DNA of 64,000 nucleotides from Candidatus Levyibacteriota bacterium (GCA_016214555.1 JACROF010000002.1:69416-133415); one strand, 5' to 3'; positions 28,291 to 38,337 are shown, counted from the stretch's first letter. Notes: generated by a model from the sequence alone, not told the origin. A program made the numbers and translations.

Positions 28291-30534
28291 CTAGACTAAT
28301 TTGCGGGCAAGTAATTTTTTCCTTTTCACAATAATTATTCCAACAATTGGTAGCACAAGTAGTAGCCATGCAAGATTGATGCTCATAGCTCCTTTTGCTG
28401 TATCTGCTCCAAGAACTGATGTATCAAGACTCGCACCTTTGACCAAAGAGCTATTTTCATCCTCAGTACTACCAGATCCAACAGATCCTGCACTTGCATG
28501 TGATCCTCCTGATGTTACCTCAGTTGTACCATTGCTATTACTTTTAGTAGATGAGCCTGTTGACTTTGTATTTGATGACTGGTTGCTGGATTTATTCGAG
28601 CCGTTATCATCGTCATGACTGTCTGTTGTGTTACTTGCAGCACTTTCAGTATGAGTATCAAGAGCTGTCTTCTCCTCTTTCTTCTGACCAGGAGAGACAA
28701 AATCTCCAAGCCAAGTTCCAAATACATTAACAACGGTGACAAAAACTTTTCCATTTCCTTTAATATTGTTGTTAACAAAATTGATCATGTTAGCTACGAT
28801 TGTAGCGTCTCCTGTTTTAATATTTGAGTTGCCACCAGTATTGTCACTTGTTGCATTGTTGCCAGTATTTGCAGACAAATTAAGAGTATTATTGATGTCT
28901 GCATTGTTGGTTTGATTTGTAGTATTAGTATTTGTTGTCGATACAGCTGTATCGTTGGTACTATTGGTTCCATTTTTGTTATTTTTTGCTGTGACGTATC
29001 CATTTTCATCGACTTCGAAGTCTGATCCCTCTGATCCTGCAAAGAACGCGTCATCTGGAGCACCCATGATTTTCCCAATCCATCCCTTTGTAACATCATT
29101 AACTAACACAATCCACCAATTTCCACCGACAATATTGTTGTTGGCTATATTAAGGAGATTGACATCAATCGTTGTGTCACCAGTGCTGATTGAAGAATCT
29201 CCGCCTGTGTTTCGACTGGCTGTGTTGTCTCCAGTATTAGCATCAAAGACAAGGTCATTTGTGATATCTGCTGTGTTTGATTGAAACGTATTATCAGTAT
29301 CAACGATGTCTATGTCTGAAGTGTTGGTACTATTACTTCCGTTGCCTGTATTGGTAGCTGCGACATTTCCTCCGCAGCACGCATTCAACTGATCCTCAGG
29401 AAATATGATATCTCCAATAAAATAAAAAAAAATGTTGACAATGCCATAGATGACATTCCCAGCTATATTATTGTTAGCAAAGGTTACAATATTTGCTGCA
29501 ACATTCGCATCGCCGGTTGTGATGCTTGAGTCCCCACCGGTATTTCGACTTGCAGTATTATTTCCAGTATCAGCAGACAGTACGAGATCATTTCCAATTT
29601 GAGCATCGTTTTCTTGTGTTGTTGTAGTTGTATTTGTGGTATCAACACTACCTTGATTGGTTGAATTTGATCCATTTGCCGTATTTGCAACATTTGTTGT
29701 GCCTCCGCATCCTACAATACAGTTGGCAGCAAAATCCAGAACAACATCTCCAATCTGATCATCAAGAACATTAAACTCAGAGACCATTACTCCTTCTGCA
29801 TTCGTATTCACCATAGTAATTACCGTTCCTGTTGAATTTGCATCACCTGTCTTAATGGATGCATCTCCTACATTGTCTGATGCTGTGTTGTCGCCAGTAA
29901 CCGTTGATGAGTTGAGGTTGGTATTTACTGATGCGCTATTTGTTTGAGTCGTATTATTATTGTTGTCAACAACAGCTGAACCACTGTTGGTCGATCCTGT
30001 ACCATTTGCGGTATTTGCAACTACAGCACCACTACCACCTGAACCTGCTCCGACTCCAGCGAGGTTGTTGTTGCCACTATTCACAACGCTTGTCGTACTT
30101 GCAGCATCGCCTGTATCTATTTCAATATCACCAACACCATCTGGTGTCGAATCCGAAGTTTGAGAAAGATTTGTTGGAGTTGGGGTAGGGGAAACTCTAT
30201 TTCTTTCAGGTGGAGTAATGCCCTGACTGATCAAATAAGCATCAACTTGATCTTGAATTTCCTTCTGAAGCTGCTCTCTGTATAGTCTTGCTGCCTTGTC
30301 TGTTTCATCCTCAACATAAGGAGTTGGAGTGGGGGTAGGAGTTGCCTGCTCTTGAGTTGGAGTAGGCTCAGTTGTTTGAGATGCCTCCTGAGTCTGCTCG
30401 CCTGGCGTCGTTTGTTCTGTTGTTGTACTACCTTGATCTACTACTTCGTCAGCATACACAGCCGGTGCGACCTGTGTCGCAACTTGTATAGTCAAGAGTG
30501 TGATTACTAATAATTTTTTAATTATATTTGTCAT
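28291..30534 (-). CDS. Large Asn/Gly/Thr repeat protein with C-terminal membrane anchor
   Basis: Signal peptide; about four repeats; C-terminal TM followed by KRKK. Confidence 0.85.
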   Translation of the reverse strand: MTNIIKKLLVITLLTIQVATQVAPAVYADEVVDQGSTTTEQTTPGEQTQEASQTTEPTPTQEQATPTPTPTPYVEDETDKAARLYREQLQKEIQDQVDAYLISQGITPPERNRVSPTPTPTNLSQTSDSTPDGVGDIEIDTGDAASTTSVVNSGNNNLAGVGAGSGGSGAVVANTANGTGSTNSGSAVVDNNNNTTQTNSASVNTNLNSSTVTGDNTASDNVGDASIKTGDANSTGTVITMVNTNAEGVMVSEFNVLDDQIGDVVLDFAANCIVGCGGTTNVANTANGSNSTNQGSVDTTNTTTTTQENDAQIGNDLVLSADTGNNTASRNTGGDSSITTGDANVAANIVTFANNNIAGNVIYGIVNIFFYFIGDIIFPEDQLNACCGGNVAATNTGNGSNSTNTSDIDIVDTDNTFQSNTADITNDLVFDANTGDNTASRNTGGDSSISTGDTTIDVNLLNIANNNIVGGNWWIVLVNDVTKGWIGKIMGAPDDAFFAGSEGSDFEVDENGYVTAKNNKNGTNSTNDTAVSTTNTNTTNQTNNADINNTLNLSANTGNNATSDNTGGNSNIKTGDATIVANMINFVNNNIKGNGKVFVTVVNVFGTWLGDFVSPGQKKEEKTALDTHTESAASNTTDSHDDDNGSNKSSNQSSNTKSTGSSTKSNSNGTTEVTSGGSHASAGSVGSGSTEDENSSLVKGASLDTSVLGADTAKGAMSINLAWLLLVLPIVGIIIVKRKKLLARKLV

Positions 30535-30621
30535 ATTTGTTAATTGTTAATTTTCTATTCTCCTTGTATTCGTGGGGCTTACGGAAGTGCTCGTAACACC
30601 CCACGAATCAAGAGAGTTTGA

Positions 30622-31854
30622 TTAGTTGTGGCTTAGTAGCCAATCAACCAAATCTCCAAGATCAAAAGAAAGATCTAAGTGGAGATCGCTAAGATCAACA
30701 TCAGCATCTGGACCATAAAGGTTCATATTGCCGGTGTTTGAAGCATCTACGTTTACATCAGATTCACCAGTTGTGATGGAAGGATCAGATCCTGCCCAAC
30801 CTGTGTTATCGTCTGCATCGTTGTCGCCTGTATCACTATCTGCGTCGACATCATTGTCAACATCAGCATCGTTGTCCTGATCTACATCGAGATCTGCATC
30901 ACTTTCGTAATCGATTTCGTTGTCTGAATCAGTACCGTTACCTGCGATTTTTGCTTCTAGATCTGATAGACAGCCACAAGCTTCTACATCTGCTGCGTTG
31001 AAGTTAGCCATATTGTCTAACGTTACATCAACATTTGAGTCGCCTGTTTCGATAGAAACATCTCCGCCGGTGTTATCCTCTGCGTCGTTGTCTCCAGTAT
31101 CAGAGTCGACGTCGACATCATTGTCGAAGTCTGCATCGTTGTCTTGATCGACATCGACATCACTGTCGAAGTCTAGATCAATATCATTATCTGAATCTGA
31201 TCCATTACCAAGAATCTTTGCACTGAGTGAGCCGCCATCACCAGAGCCACCACCAACAGTTGCACTGTTAGAGTTAGCCTGATTTTTGATCATTACGTTA
31301 ACTTTACTGTCGCCTGTTTTTACCTCGACATCTCCGCCGGTGTTGTCATCAGCATCGTTGTCTCCAGTTTCAGAATCGACATCGACATCGTTATCGAAGT
31401 CTGCATCGTTGTCTTGATCGACATCAACGTCAGTATCGTAATCGAGATCTACATCATTATCTGAATCAGTACCATTACCTGATACCTCAACTGTCGTGTT
31501 ACCATTTTGGCAACATGGGTCTACGTTAGCGTAATTAGCATTTGCTTTGTTTTTGATTGTTACATCAACATTTGAATCACCGGTTTCGACTTTTACATCT
31601 CCACCTGTGTTATCACTTGCAGAGTTGCCACCAGTACTTGAATCGACATCAATATCATTATCGAAGTCTGCATCGTTGTTCTGATTTACGTCAACATCTG
31701 TGTCATGATCGACATTGATACTACTATCACTATTAGAACCGTTTCCGGTAATAGTAAATGATTGAGTAGAAGCGAATGTCATTCCTGCTAGTGCGTGGAG
31801 TAAGACTGATCCGGTTGCAATAGCTGTTGTAATTCGTGTTTTATAGTTTGTCAT
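30622..31854 (-). CDS. Secreted Asn/Gly/Thr repeat protein (4 repeats, extremely Asp-rich)
   Basis: Signal peptide; GNG..S.N..DVDVDQDNDADFDND..TGDNDA.DNTGGD repeats; AAAGGGGGTGAA SD. Confidence 0.88.
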   Translation of the reverse strand: MTNYKTRITTAIATGSVLLHALAGMTFASTQSFTITGNGSNSDSSINVDHDTDVDVNQNNDADFDNDIDVDSSTGGNSASDNTGGDVKVETGDSNVDVTIKNKANANYANVDPCCQNGNTTVEVSGNGTDSDNDVDLDYDTDVDVDQDNDADFDNDVDVDSETGDNDADDNTGGDVEVKTGDSKVNVMIKNQANSNSATVGGGSGDGGSLSAKILGNGSDSDNDIDLDFDSDVDVDQDNDADFDNDVDVDSDTGDNDAEDNTGGDVSIETGDSNVDVTLDNMANFNAADVEACGCLSDLEAKIAGNGTDSDNEIDYESDADLDVDQDNDADVDNDVDADSDTGDNDADDNTGWAGSDPSITTGESDVNVDASNTGNMNLYGPDADVDLSDLHLDLSFDLGDLVDWLLSHN

Positions 31855-31948
31855 AATATATTCACCCCCTTTCTTGACGATAATTTCCAGACCACCTGGT
31901 CAAGAGCACTTCATCCCGCTTTATCTTGTCTACTGCCTGAGCTTTGAC

Positions 31949-32005
31949 AAAAAAAACGGAAACTCCACAGCCTTAAAGACAATAAGGTTGCAAGGTTTCC
32001 GTTTT
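31949..32005 (-). terminator. Leader intrinsic terminator 2
   Basis: AAAACGGAAAC..GTTTCCG stem followed by a long T run on the minus strand. Confidence 0.7.
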
Positions 32006-32053
32006 AAAAAGCATCTTTGTTACCATAATTTTGTAGTCGTAAGGTTTTGCAAC

Positions 32054-32084
32054 AAAAAAAGCACCACACATAATTGTGAGGTGC
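32054..32084 (-). terminator. Leader intrinsic terminator 1, abutting the leader motif
   Basis: GCACC.CACA-ATTA-TGTG.GGTGC followed by TTTTTTT. Confidence 0.75.
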
Positions 32085-32101
32085 CTCCGTGTACGGTCAG
32101 C
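32083..32101 (-). promoter_or_regulatory. Leader RNA motif, copy 2 (GCTGACCGTACACGGAGGC)
   Basis: Matches 20145-20163; lies just downstream of the DUF2292-like gene. Confidence 0.7.
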
Positions 32102-32139
32102 AAGCCTTTGCGACGTTCGAATATTTTTCTGTTAACCAA

Positions 32140-32169
32140 ACTATAGATGAGTACCTAAAGTCTTGTCAA
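32140..32169 (-). promoter_or_regulatory. Sigma70-type promoter of the repeat-protein/sortase operon
   Basis: TTGACA-18bp-TATAGT. Confidence 0.6.
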
Positions 32170-32360
32170 GAGCCAATTTTCACAGTCCTTCCAAGAGAAG
32201 AATCTTGGTTAGTTTTTTTGATATTTCTTTCGGTGATTTGTACAACTTTATAATTTTGAACATAGATTTCAACACTACCCCAACCTCTCACATTTTTCAA
32301 TGCTTCTGTAACTTCATCAATGAGTTCTTTACTTACTTCTTTTGTTGAATAATCATTCAT
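32166..32360 (-). CDS. DUF2292/YezD-family small protein
   Basis: EALKNVRGWGSVEIYVQNYKVVQITER matches the G-S-V-E-I-x-V-x-x-x-x-V-V-Q-I pattern. Confidence 0.8.
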   Translation of the reverse strand: MNDYSTKEVSKELIDEVTEALKNVRGWGSVEIYVQNYKVVQITERNIKKTNQDSSLGRTVKIGS

Positions 32361-32385
32361 AGCACTTCACCCAAACGGTAGATTA

Positions 32386-32985
32386 TTACTGCAGTTTTAA
32401 CTTGAATTCTTCCTTACTACCATTCAACTCTCCGATAAACAAGGTAAGATTTTTATCGTCTTCATTAATAGGGAATGCGAGCCGTGATTGTTTTGTTGAA
32501 TCAGGCTGAATCTCAACAGGGTCACTATGAATATCAGCTGCAAATTTGTCTTTTCCCCCATTAACAGTGAGTCTAATATAATCTCTTGCAGAAACCTGAA
32601 TGCTTGCTTTATAGGTATTAATAATTTTAAGTTTTATCACAAGAAATGTTCTTCCATCAACTGCTCGCGCTTTTTTTCCTTTGACAATAAGTTCATCTCG
32701 AATTTCTGCTGATTCGATTAAGTAACGAATTTTGCTCACTTCTTTGCCACTAGAATCTTTAAGGGGGAATCGAACTTCCTTGTTAATTTCCTGAGTTGCT
32801 TTTGCCTTTTGAAGAGTGATCTTCCCACCACTTGATAATGAATCTGAAAGTCCCGATGATTTTCTAAGAGCGAAAAAACCAAGAAGTAGTAATATAACTC
32901 CGACAATTACTGCAGGAATAAGCAAAGAGTTTTTAGAGAATTTTCGTGATGTAAATGATTTTCTGACACCGTCCATATTAATCAA
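32386..32985 (-). CDS. Membrane-anchored Ig-like protein (DUF4352-like)
   Basis: N-terminal TM; FLVIKLKIIN..EIQPDSTKQSRLAF. Confidence 0.6.
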   Translation of the reverse strand: MINMDGVRKSFTSRKFSKNSLLIPAVIVGVILLLLGFFALRKSSGLSDSLSSGGKITLQKAKATQEINKEVRFPLKDSSGKEVSKIRYLIESAEIRDELIVKGKKARAVDGRTFLVIKLKIINTYKASIQVSARDYIRLTVNGGKDKFAADIHSDPVEIQPDSTKQSRLAFPINEDDKNLTLFIGELNGSKEEFKLKLQ

Positions 32986-33074
32986 TAAAAAAGCCCTGTT
33001 GTGGCAGAGCAGATGAACAGGATAGTATCAAATAGTTTAAAATAATGTCAAGTGGCAATAACGATAAAAATCAA

Positions 33075-33428
33075 CTATTTATGGAGACGAGGGTGACGAA
33101 AGCGAAATCTATCAGGATATCGGAGCCCTTGAATAATACCACCAATTGATGCTCCAGCTGCTGCCTTTGCAGTGGTGTAATGCATAATATTATCATAAAG
33201 CAAAAGAGCTCCAACGACTATCACAGAAAGATAAAACCAGTGATGAAACCAAATTGTTTTGCTCTTGGTATGAATTCGTACACAAGGAAGGATTTCAATG
33301 TTTCTAAACTTCACATGGGGGAGTCGATTGGGAAGACTTCTCCCATTCTTCTTAACAGGCTTTGACACGTATACTGAAAGATAATAACCCACTAAAAGCG
33401 CAACGGCAAAAAGTAAGAGTGATTGCAT
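33075..33428 (-). CDS. Hypothetical membrane protein
   Basis: TM segments and a HHW motif. Confidence 0.65.
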   Translation of the reverse strand: MQSLLLFAVALLVGYYLSVYVSKPVKKNGRSLPNRLPHVKFRNIEILPCVRIHTKSKTIWFHHWFYLSVIVVGALLLYDNIMHYTTAKAAAGASIGGIIQGLRYPDRFRFRHPRLHK

Positions 33429-33500
33429 ATAAGATAAAAATCAATGATTCCAAATTCATCGTAGAAAATTCAGACACTCTTGTCAAGTCTTATAATTTTC

Positions 33501-34211
33501 TTACTTGTTTCTAATGACTTTTTGCTTAACAGGTGGTGGCCGTCTCAGCCAAATCGTATACACATATCCCAAACCATACTCATAGATTGTTTTAAGAAGG
33601 CCAGATTTAAACCTTCTCATATTAGGAACAACGACCATATCTCTGATAAAAACAACTTTCCCCAACTCTTTCAACCGCAGTCCCACTTCAACATCAGGAC
33701 TCATAGTATACCTCTCATTCATTCCTCCTATTTTTTCGAATGTGTCTTTTCTCACAGCAAAATTAAATCCAATAAGGTGAGGCTTAGCAATTTTTTCGTG
33801 TATGATAAGAAATACGTTGTAGAAAAAACTTCCCAGTATGCGGTAAAGAAGTGGCCCTTCTAGCTTAATCGATCCTGTGGCACCAACAATTCTATTGTCT
33901 TCAAATCTTTTTCTTATACTGGCAACCCAATTTGATAAGACAGTAGTGTCCGCATCTGTCATAGCGATAACATCAGACTTTGCCTCATGCATACCTGCAT
34001 TTAATGCAAAAACAACACCTTGTCGTTCTTCTTTAATAACTTTTGCTCCGTACTTTTTAGCAATTGCTGCAGTTTGATCGGTTGAATTATTGTCGACGAC
34101 AATGACAGAAAAATCTTTGTCTGTTTGGTTTTCTAGACTCTCTAGCGTCTTTGGAAGATACTTTTCTTCGTTATAAGCAGCAATCACAACACAGATAGTT
34201 GGTGTAGTCAT
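33501..34211 (-). CDS. Glycosyltransferase family 2
   Basis: AAYNEE, VVDNNSTD and TDAD motifs. Confidence 0.92.
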   Translation of the reverse strand: MTTPTICVVIAAYNEEKYLPKTLESLENQTDKDFSVIVVDNNSTDQTAAIAKKYGAKVIKEERQGVVFALNAGMHEAKSDVIAMTDADTTVLSNWVASIRKRFEDNRIVGATGSIKLEGPLLYRILGSFFYNVFLIIHEKIAKPHLIGFNFAVRKDTFEKIGGMNERYTMSPDVEVGLRLKELGKVVFIRDMVVVPNMRRFKSGLLKTIYEYGLGYVYTIWLRRPPPVKQKVIRNK

Positions 34212-34240
34212 GTAGTAATTATAGTGGAAATAACAATGAA

Positions 34241-35479
34241 TTACTCAAATATTTTATTAAGGAGTTCTGTTGCCCTGTACAGCCTCTTAAGAGTTGCTTT
34301 GTTAATATTGCGGATACGAAACCTACCACTATTTTTTTTAAGAAGTACTCTTTTATACACCTCAAGAGTTTCGTTGGCTAACGCTGTTGGCAAAAAATTT
34401 GCTCTTATAAGCTCACGTGATTTTTTTGAAAAGTTTTCTCTTTTTTTTGCATCATCAAGAAGTTCAAGCACCTTTTGAGCAAATAGCATAGGCTTATGAC
34501 TGACCATATAGCCATTTTCTCCATCTATGATGCAGCCAGCATATGCATCATCTTTCACCACCACAAAAGGTAATCCAGCAGCAGCAGCTTCAAGCACAAC
34601 TATACCTTGCGTCTCTGTCCGTGATGAATAAACAAAAATCTCTGCATCAGCATACACTGATGGTATTTCCTTAGGATGAACTTTCCCTGGAAAATGGACC
34701 CTACCCCCAAGCCCAAGTTTTTTAACCAGAGACTTAAGCGATTTGGCCTCCTCGCCATCTCCAACCATAACAAGATGAACGTTGGGATTCTGGTTTGCTA
34801 TAACTTTAAAAGATCTAAGTAGAAATGAACAGTCTTTTTCTTTTCCAAGTCTCCCTACGCTAAGAAGAATGGGGGAGGAAGGAGGAATATTGCATAAATC
34901 ATGTAAATAATTTTTTTTAGCGCTTCTAAATCGTGCTGTATAAATAAAATTTGAAATGACCGTAATTGGCTTAGTAACACCGTAGGACTTAAGATCTTTT
35001 TTCATTTTGAGTGAGGGTGTGATGACCTCATCACACATATTGCTAATAACACGAAGTCCTGTTGCAGCAATACGAGGGGTAATCAATTTTCCATTAAATA
35101 CATAGTGCGTGTAGCGCGTATGTTGCGTATGCACAGTCAGGACATAAGGAATGCCCTTGAGCTTAGCAACTTGATATCCTAAAAAGGAAAAGAAGCCATT
35201 ACCGTGGGCATGTACGATATCAAAATCTCTTGGACTGATTTCCTTAAAAAGGTTGTGAGGGAGAACAAAAGGCATATGAACTTCAGGTTCGGTCGACAGT
35301 AACTTTACAGCACTTAGTCTATATACATCCTTTTCTGTGTCTTTGTACCCGTCAAATTTCGGCGCAAAAATATAAACAGTATGGCCATGCGACCTAAGCT
35401 CGTGAGCAAAATTTTCAACTGAAATAGTTACTCCGTTGAGCATGGGATAATAACTATCAGTAAAAAAGGCTATTTTCAT
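34241..35479 (-). CDS. Glycosyltransferase family 4 (diacylglycerol glucosyltransferase-like)
   Basis: MKIAFFTDSYYP.LNGV, VGRLGKEK and ETQGIVVLEA motifs. Confidence 0.92.
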   Translation of the reverse strand: MKIAFFTDSYYPMLNGVTISVENFAHELRSHGHTVYIFAPKFDGYKDTEKDVYRLSAVKLLSTEPEVHMPFVLPHNLFKEISPRDFDIVHAHGNGFFSFLGYQVAKLKGIPYVLTVHTQHTRYTHYVFNGKLITPRIAATGLRVISNMCDEVITPSLKMKKDLKSYGVTKPITVISNFIYTARFRSAKKNYLHDLCNIPPSSPILLSVGRLGKEKDCSFLLRSFKVIANQNPNVHLVMVGDGEEAKSLKSLVKKLGLGGRVHFPGKVHPKEIPSVYADAEIFVYSSRTETQGIVVLEAAAAGLPFVVVKDDAYAGCIIDGENGYMVSHKPMLFAQKVLELLDDAKKRENFSKKSRELIRANFLPTALANETLEVYKRVLLKKNSGRFRIRNINKATLKRLYRATELLNKIFE

Positions 35480-35582
35480 ATATGCATTCTAACAAAATTC
35501 ATTGCTATTTCAAGTTAATCACCTTTCTATAAAAATATGCCATTTAATGGCGATCATATGATCTTTATTGTACAATATACGC

Positions 35583-36380
35583 ATGACATCTCCAAAAAAA
35601 TCTGTATTGATTACTGGTGCATCATCTGGCATAGGAAAAGAATTTGCAAGAGTTTTTGCAGAAAATGGATATGACCTACTACTAACAGGAAGAGCGGAAA
35701 GTGAGCTTAAAAAGATAGCATATGACATTCAGGAATCATACGGTGTCGAAGTGGCCATTAAAGCTATAGATCTTACCACAAATAACGCAGCAGAGAAGCT
35801 TTTTGATTGGGCAATCACCATCGAGCCTCGTATTACCTGCCTTGTCAATAATGCAGGAATTGGTAACTACGGTAAATTTAGTAAAATCCCCTGGGAAAAA
35901 GAAAACGAATTGCTACAGCTTAATATCACAGTCCTCACAAGGCTTTGTCATCTTTTTATCCCTTACTTTAAGGAGAAAAGGGAGGGTTACATCCTTAATG
36001 TAGCATCAATGGCTGGATTTCAACCTGGACCATATTTCTCAACGTACTATGCAAGTAAATCCTATGTGCTTCTTTTCACTGAGGCACTCGCATTGGAGCA
36101 CAAGAATGACAATATTCACATCAGCGCACTTTGCCCAGGACCTTCTCCAACAAATTTCTTCAAAAGAGCGAATTTCCCCAACTCTTCGTTTGTTCTGAAA
36201 TTCTCGATGCTTTCTCCAGCAAAAGTAGCAAGGATCGGATACAAAGGGCTCATGCAAGGAAAAACAATTATTATCCCCTCATTTAAATATCACGCAATTC
36301 CTTTAGGATCGAGATTTTTCCCAAGAAAAACTACGGCAAAAATCAGTAAGAAATTTGTGGAAATTGCCTCAAGAGGATAA
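35583..36380 (+). CDS. Short-chain dehydrogenase/reductase
   Basis: TGASSGIG, NNAG and YYASK motifs. Confidence 0.93.
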   Translation: MTSPKKSVLITGASSGIGKEFARVFAENGYDLLLTGRAESELKKIAYDIQESYGVEVAIKAIDLTTNNAAEKLFDWAITIEPRITCLVNNAGIGNYGKFSKIPWEKENELLQLNITVLTRLCHLFIPYFKEKREGYILNVASMAGFQPGPYFSTYYASKSYVLLFTEALALEHKNDNIHISALCPGPSPTNFFKRANFPNSSFVLKFSMLSPAKVARIGYKGLMQGKTIIIPSFKYHAIPLGSRFFPRKTTAKISKKFVEIASRG

Positions 36381-36382
36381 TA

Positions 36383-36628
36383 TTATCTTTCTTTTTTGTA
36401 AAAATACCAAAACAACCCAATAGGAAACACTGACAATAAAAGAGACAAGCCTGGTGTGTACTCAACTCCTGGCATAATGAATTTAAGATCTAATATATTT
36501 CCTAAATTCAGATATACATACTCTTTTGTTGTGAGAGCATAAATAGCAATAATGACTAGGTGAAAGGATGCCATCCAAAACAACATTTTTTGGAGTGCGG
36601 GGAAAAGAGCACTTTTACGTATTTTCAT
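36383..36628 (-). CDS. Small membrane protein
   Basis: Two hydrophobic segments. Confidence 0.6.
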   Translation of the reverse strand: MKIRKSALFPALQKMLFWMASFHLVIIAIYALTTKEYVYLNLGNILDLKFIMPGVEYTPGLSLLLSVFPIGLFWYFYKKER

Positions 36629-36665
36629 AATATTTATTCTAATAAAAAATTGCGCGTAAGTAAAA

Positions 36666-37190
36666 CTATTTTTTAGACTTTATGTATGTTTCCAGTGCTT
36701 TCACATGAGATGGAAATGCCATCTCGGCACCAAGCACGTCACTTTTTGAAAAAAATTGATAGCCTCCTACATCATCTCCAGCATTGAATGAGCTAATATC
36801 TGTCTTTGCACACCCATAGAGACAGAGTACAGGCACATTTATTCCTTGATACAAATAATCATCAGCAAAAGCATAAAGAAGCGTTATTTCTCTCAATTCA
36901 ATCCCTAACTCTTCTTTAACCTCTCTTGTTGTTGAAGCTACAAAATCCTCGTTTGGCTTGATAAATCCTCCAGGAAAATCCCAATACCCTTTCATCGGAT
37001 CAAATTTTCTCTTAACGAGCAAAATTTCACCCTTATCATTTTCAATAATAAGGGCATTTGACGGTGCTGGATTGAGGTAAAACACAAAGCGGCAATTGGT
37101 ACACTGCAAAGCAAAGTCAGTTGAGAGAAAAGGATTTTGGTATCTCTCTCCGCACTTTGGACAATATGCGTATGCTTCTTCAGGCTTCAT
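36666..37190 (-). CDS. NUDIX hydrolase with N-terminal zinc ribbon
   Basis: CPKCG..CTNC; PGG..E......REVKEELG. Confidence 0.9.
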   Translation of the reverse strand: MKPEEAYAYCPKCGERYQNPFLSTDFALQCTNCRFVFYLNPAPSNALIIENDKGEILLVKRKFDPMKGYWDFPGGFIKPNEDFVASTTREVKEELGIELREITLLYAFADDYLYQGINVPVLCLYGCAKTDISSFNAGDDVGGYQFFSKSDVLGAEMAFPSHVKALETYIKSKK

Positions 37191-38104
37191 TATACTTTTG
37201 ACGTGAGACTAAATTTGGCTAAACGGTACTGCTTAAGACACCAAATACCAAATAAAATGCACCCTGTGACAATGCTTGGGTAACGATTTTTGAGTCTTTT
37301 ATTGTAAAAAATCTTCATTGCATCGCTTCCCGCAACAATTACTTTTTTCTTTGTCTCTTTGTTAACCACAACTTTTTCACCTGACTTTTGCACTTTTCCT
37401 TTTGTCGCTCCTTTATAGTGATTAATGGTAATTGATGGCACATACATGATCTTATAACCTGCTTCCTTTATTTTCCAACAAAGATCGATATCTTCACCGT
37501 TGAGGAAATAATCCTCGTCATACCACTCGATCTTATCCATCACTTCACGCCTGACAAGACAATATGCCCCCTCTAATACATCAACTTCTGACTCAATCTC
37601 AGGCGAAAGATAACCATACCAATACCTTGCAAACAACCGAGAAGTTGGAAATAGCCTGTCAAGCATTGTCATATGGGTAAATGCGACCCAAGGAGTAGGG
37701 AAAGACCGCCTTGCATCCTTGTCCAAAGACCCATCATGCATAACAATCTTACATGTCATAGCGCCAACATCTGGATGTTCTTTCATGTAATCAAGAGAGA
37801 GAGGCAATGAGTCTTCTTCAACCTGTGTATCAGGATTAAGCATCAATATATAGTCTCCCTTACAGAGATGCCTGACGATGTTATTACCCTTTGCAAATCC
37901 TACATTGTCATTTTTTTGATAGAGCACGCTTGGGAAATCTTTTTTAATCATCTCACCTGTATCATCTGAACCATTATCAGAGACTATCACCTGCATCGAA
38001 TAACCAGCTTTTTTGAGTGGAGGTTCAGCTTTTTTGAGTGAGGAAATACATGCAGCAACAAAATCCCTCGTGTTGTATGCAACAATAATGATTGAAAGCG
38101 TCAT
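37190..38104 (-). CDS. Glycosyltransferase family 2 (WbbL/rhamnosyltransferase-like)
   Basis: NVGFAKGNN, LNPDT and GEDIDLC motifs. Confidence 0.9.
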   Translation of the reverse strand: MTLSIIIVAYNTRDFVAACISSLKKAEPPLKKAGYSMQVIVSDNGSDDTGEMIKKDFPSVLYQKNDNVGFAKGNNIVRHLCKGDYILMLNPDTQVEEDSLPLSLDYMKEHPDVGAMTCKIVMHDGSLDKDARRSFPTPWVAFTHMTMLDRLFPTSRLFARYWYGYLSPEIESEVDVLEGAYCLVRREVMDKIEWYDEDYFLNGEDIDLCWKIKEAGYKIMYVPSITINHYKGATKGKVQKSGEKVVVNKETKKKVIVAGSDAMKIFYNKRLKNRYPSIVTGCILFGIWCLKQYRLAKFSLTSKV

Positions 38105-38142
38105 AAAACAAGTATAGTCAAGTAAGGTAAAGAATGAAAGAA

Positions 38143-38337
38143 TTATTTCTTCGTTTTCCTCAGTTCTTTACCAAGTAGCTTGTAGGTCTCTTCCATAGCC
38201 TCATAAAGAGTCATACCTTGAGAATCTGCAGCTACCTGAAACGTCTTGGTTGTAATTGATTTACCATCTACATCAAAACCAGCGCTCTTCAAACCCATAT
38301 CATCATCGGGCATATCACACCCACAGTTGTAGCACAT
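38143..38337 (-). CDS. Small Cys-motif protein
   Basis: MCYNCGC start; AGGAGG SD. Confidence 0.7.
   Translation of the reverse strand: MCYNCGCDMPDDDMGLKSAGFDVDGKSITTKTFQVAADSQGMTLYEAMEETYKLLGKELRKTKK

Noticed and set aside
29415-29432. A-rich run giving IFFYFIG in the large repeat protein as a phase-variation or DGR target
   Set aside because: The frame is preserved, and no reverse transcriptase or template repeat is visible; it looks like low-quality base calls.
30780-31720. DNA direct repeats as a CRISPR array
   Set aside because: They are codon-level repeats inside the Asp-rich CDS, with no spacer structure and no cas genes.
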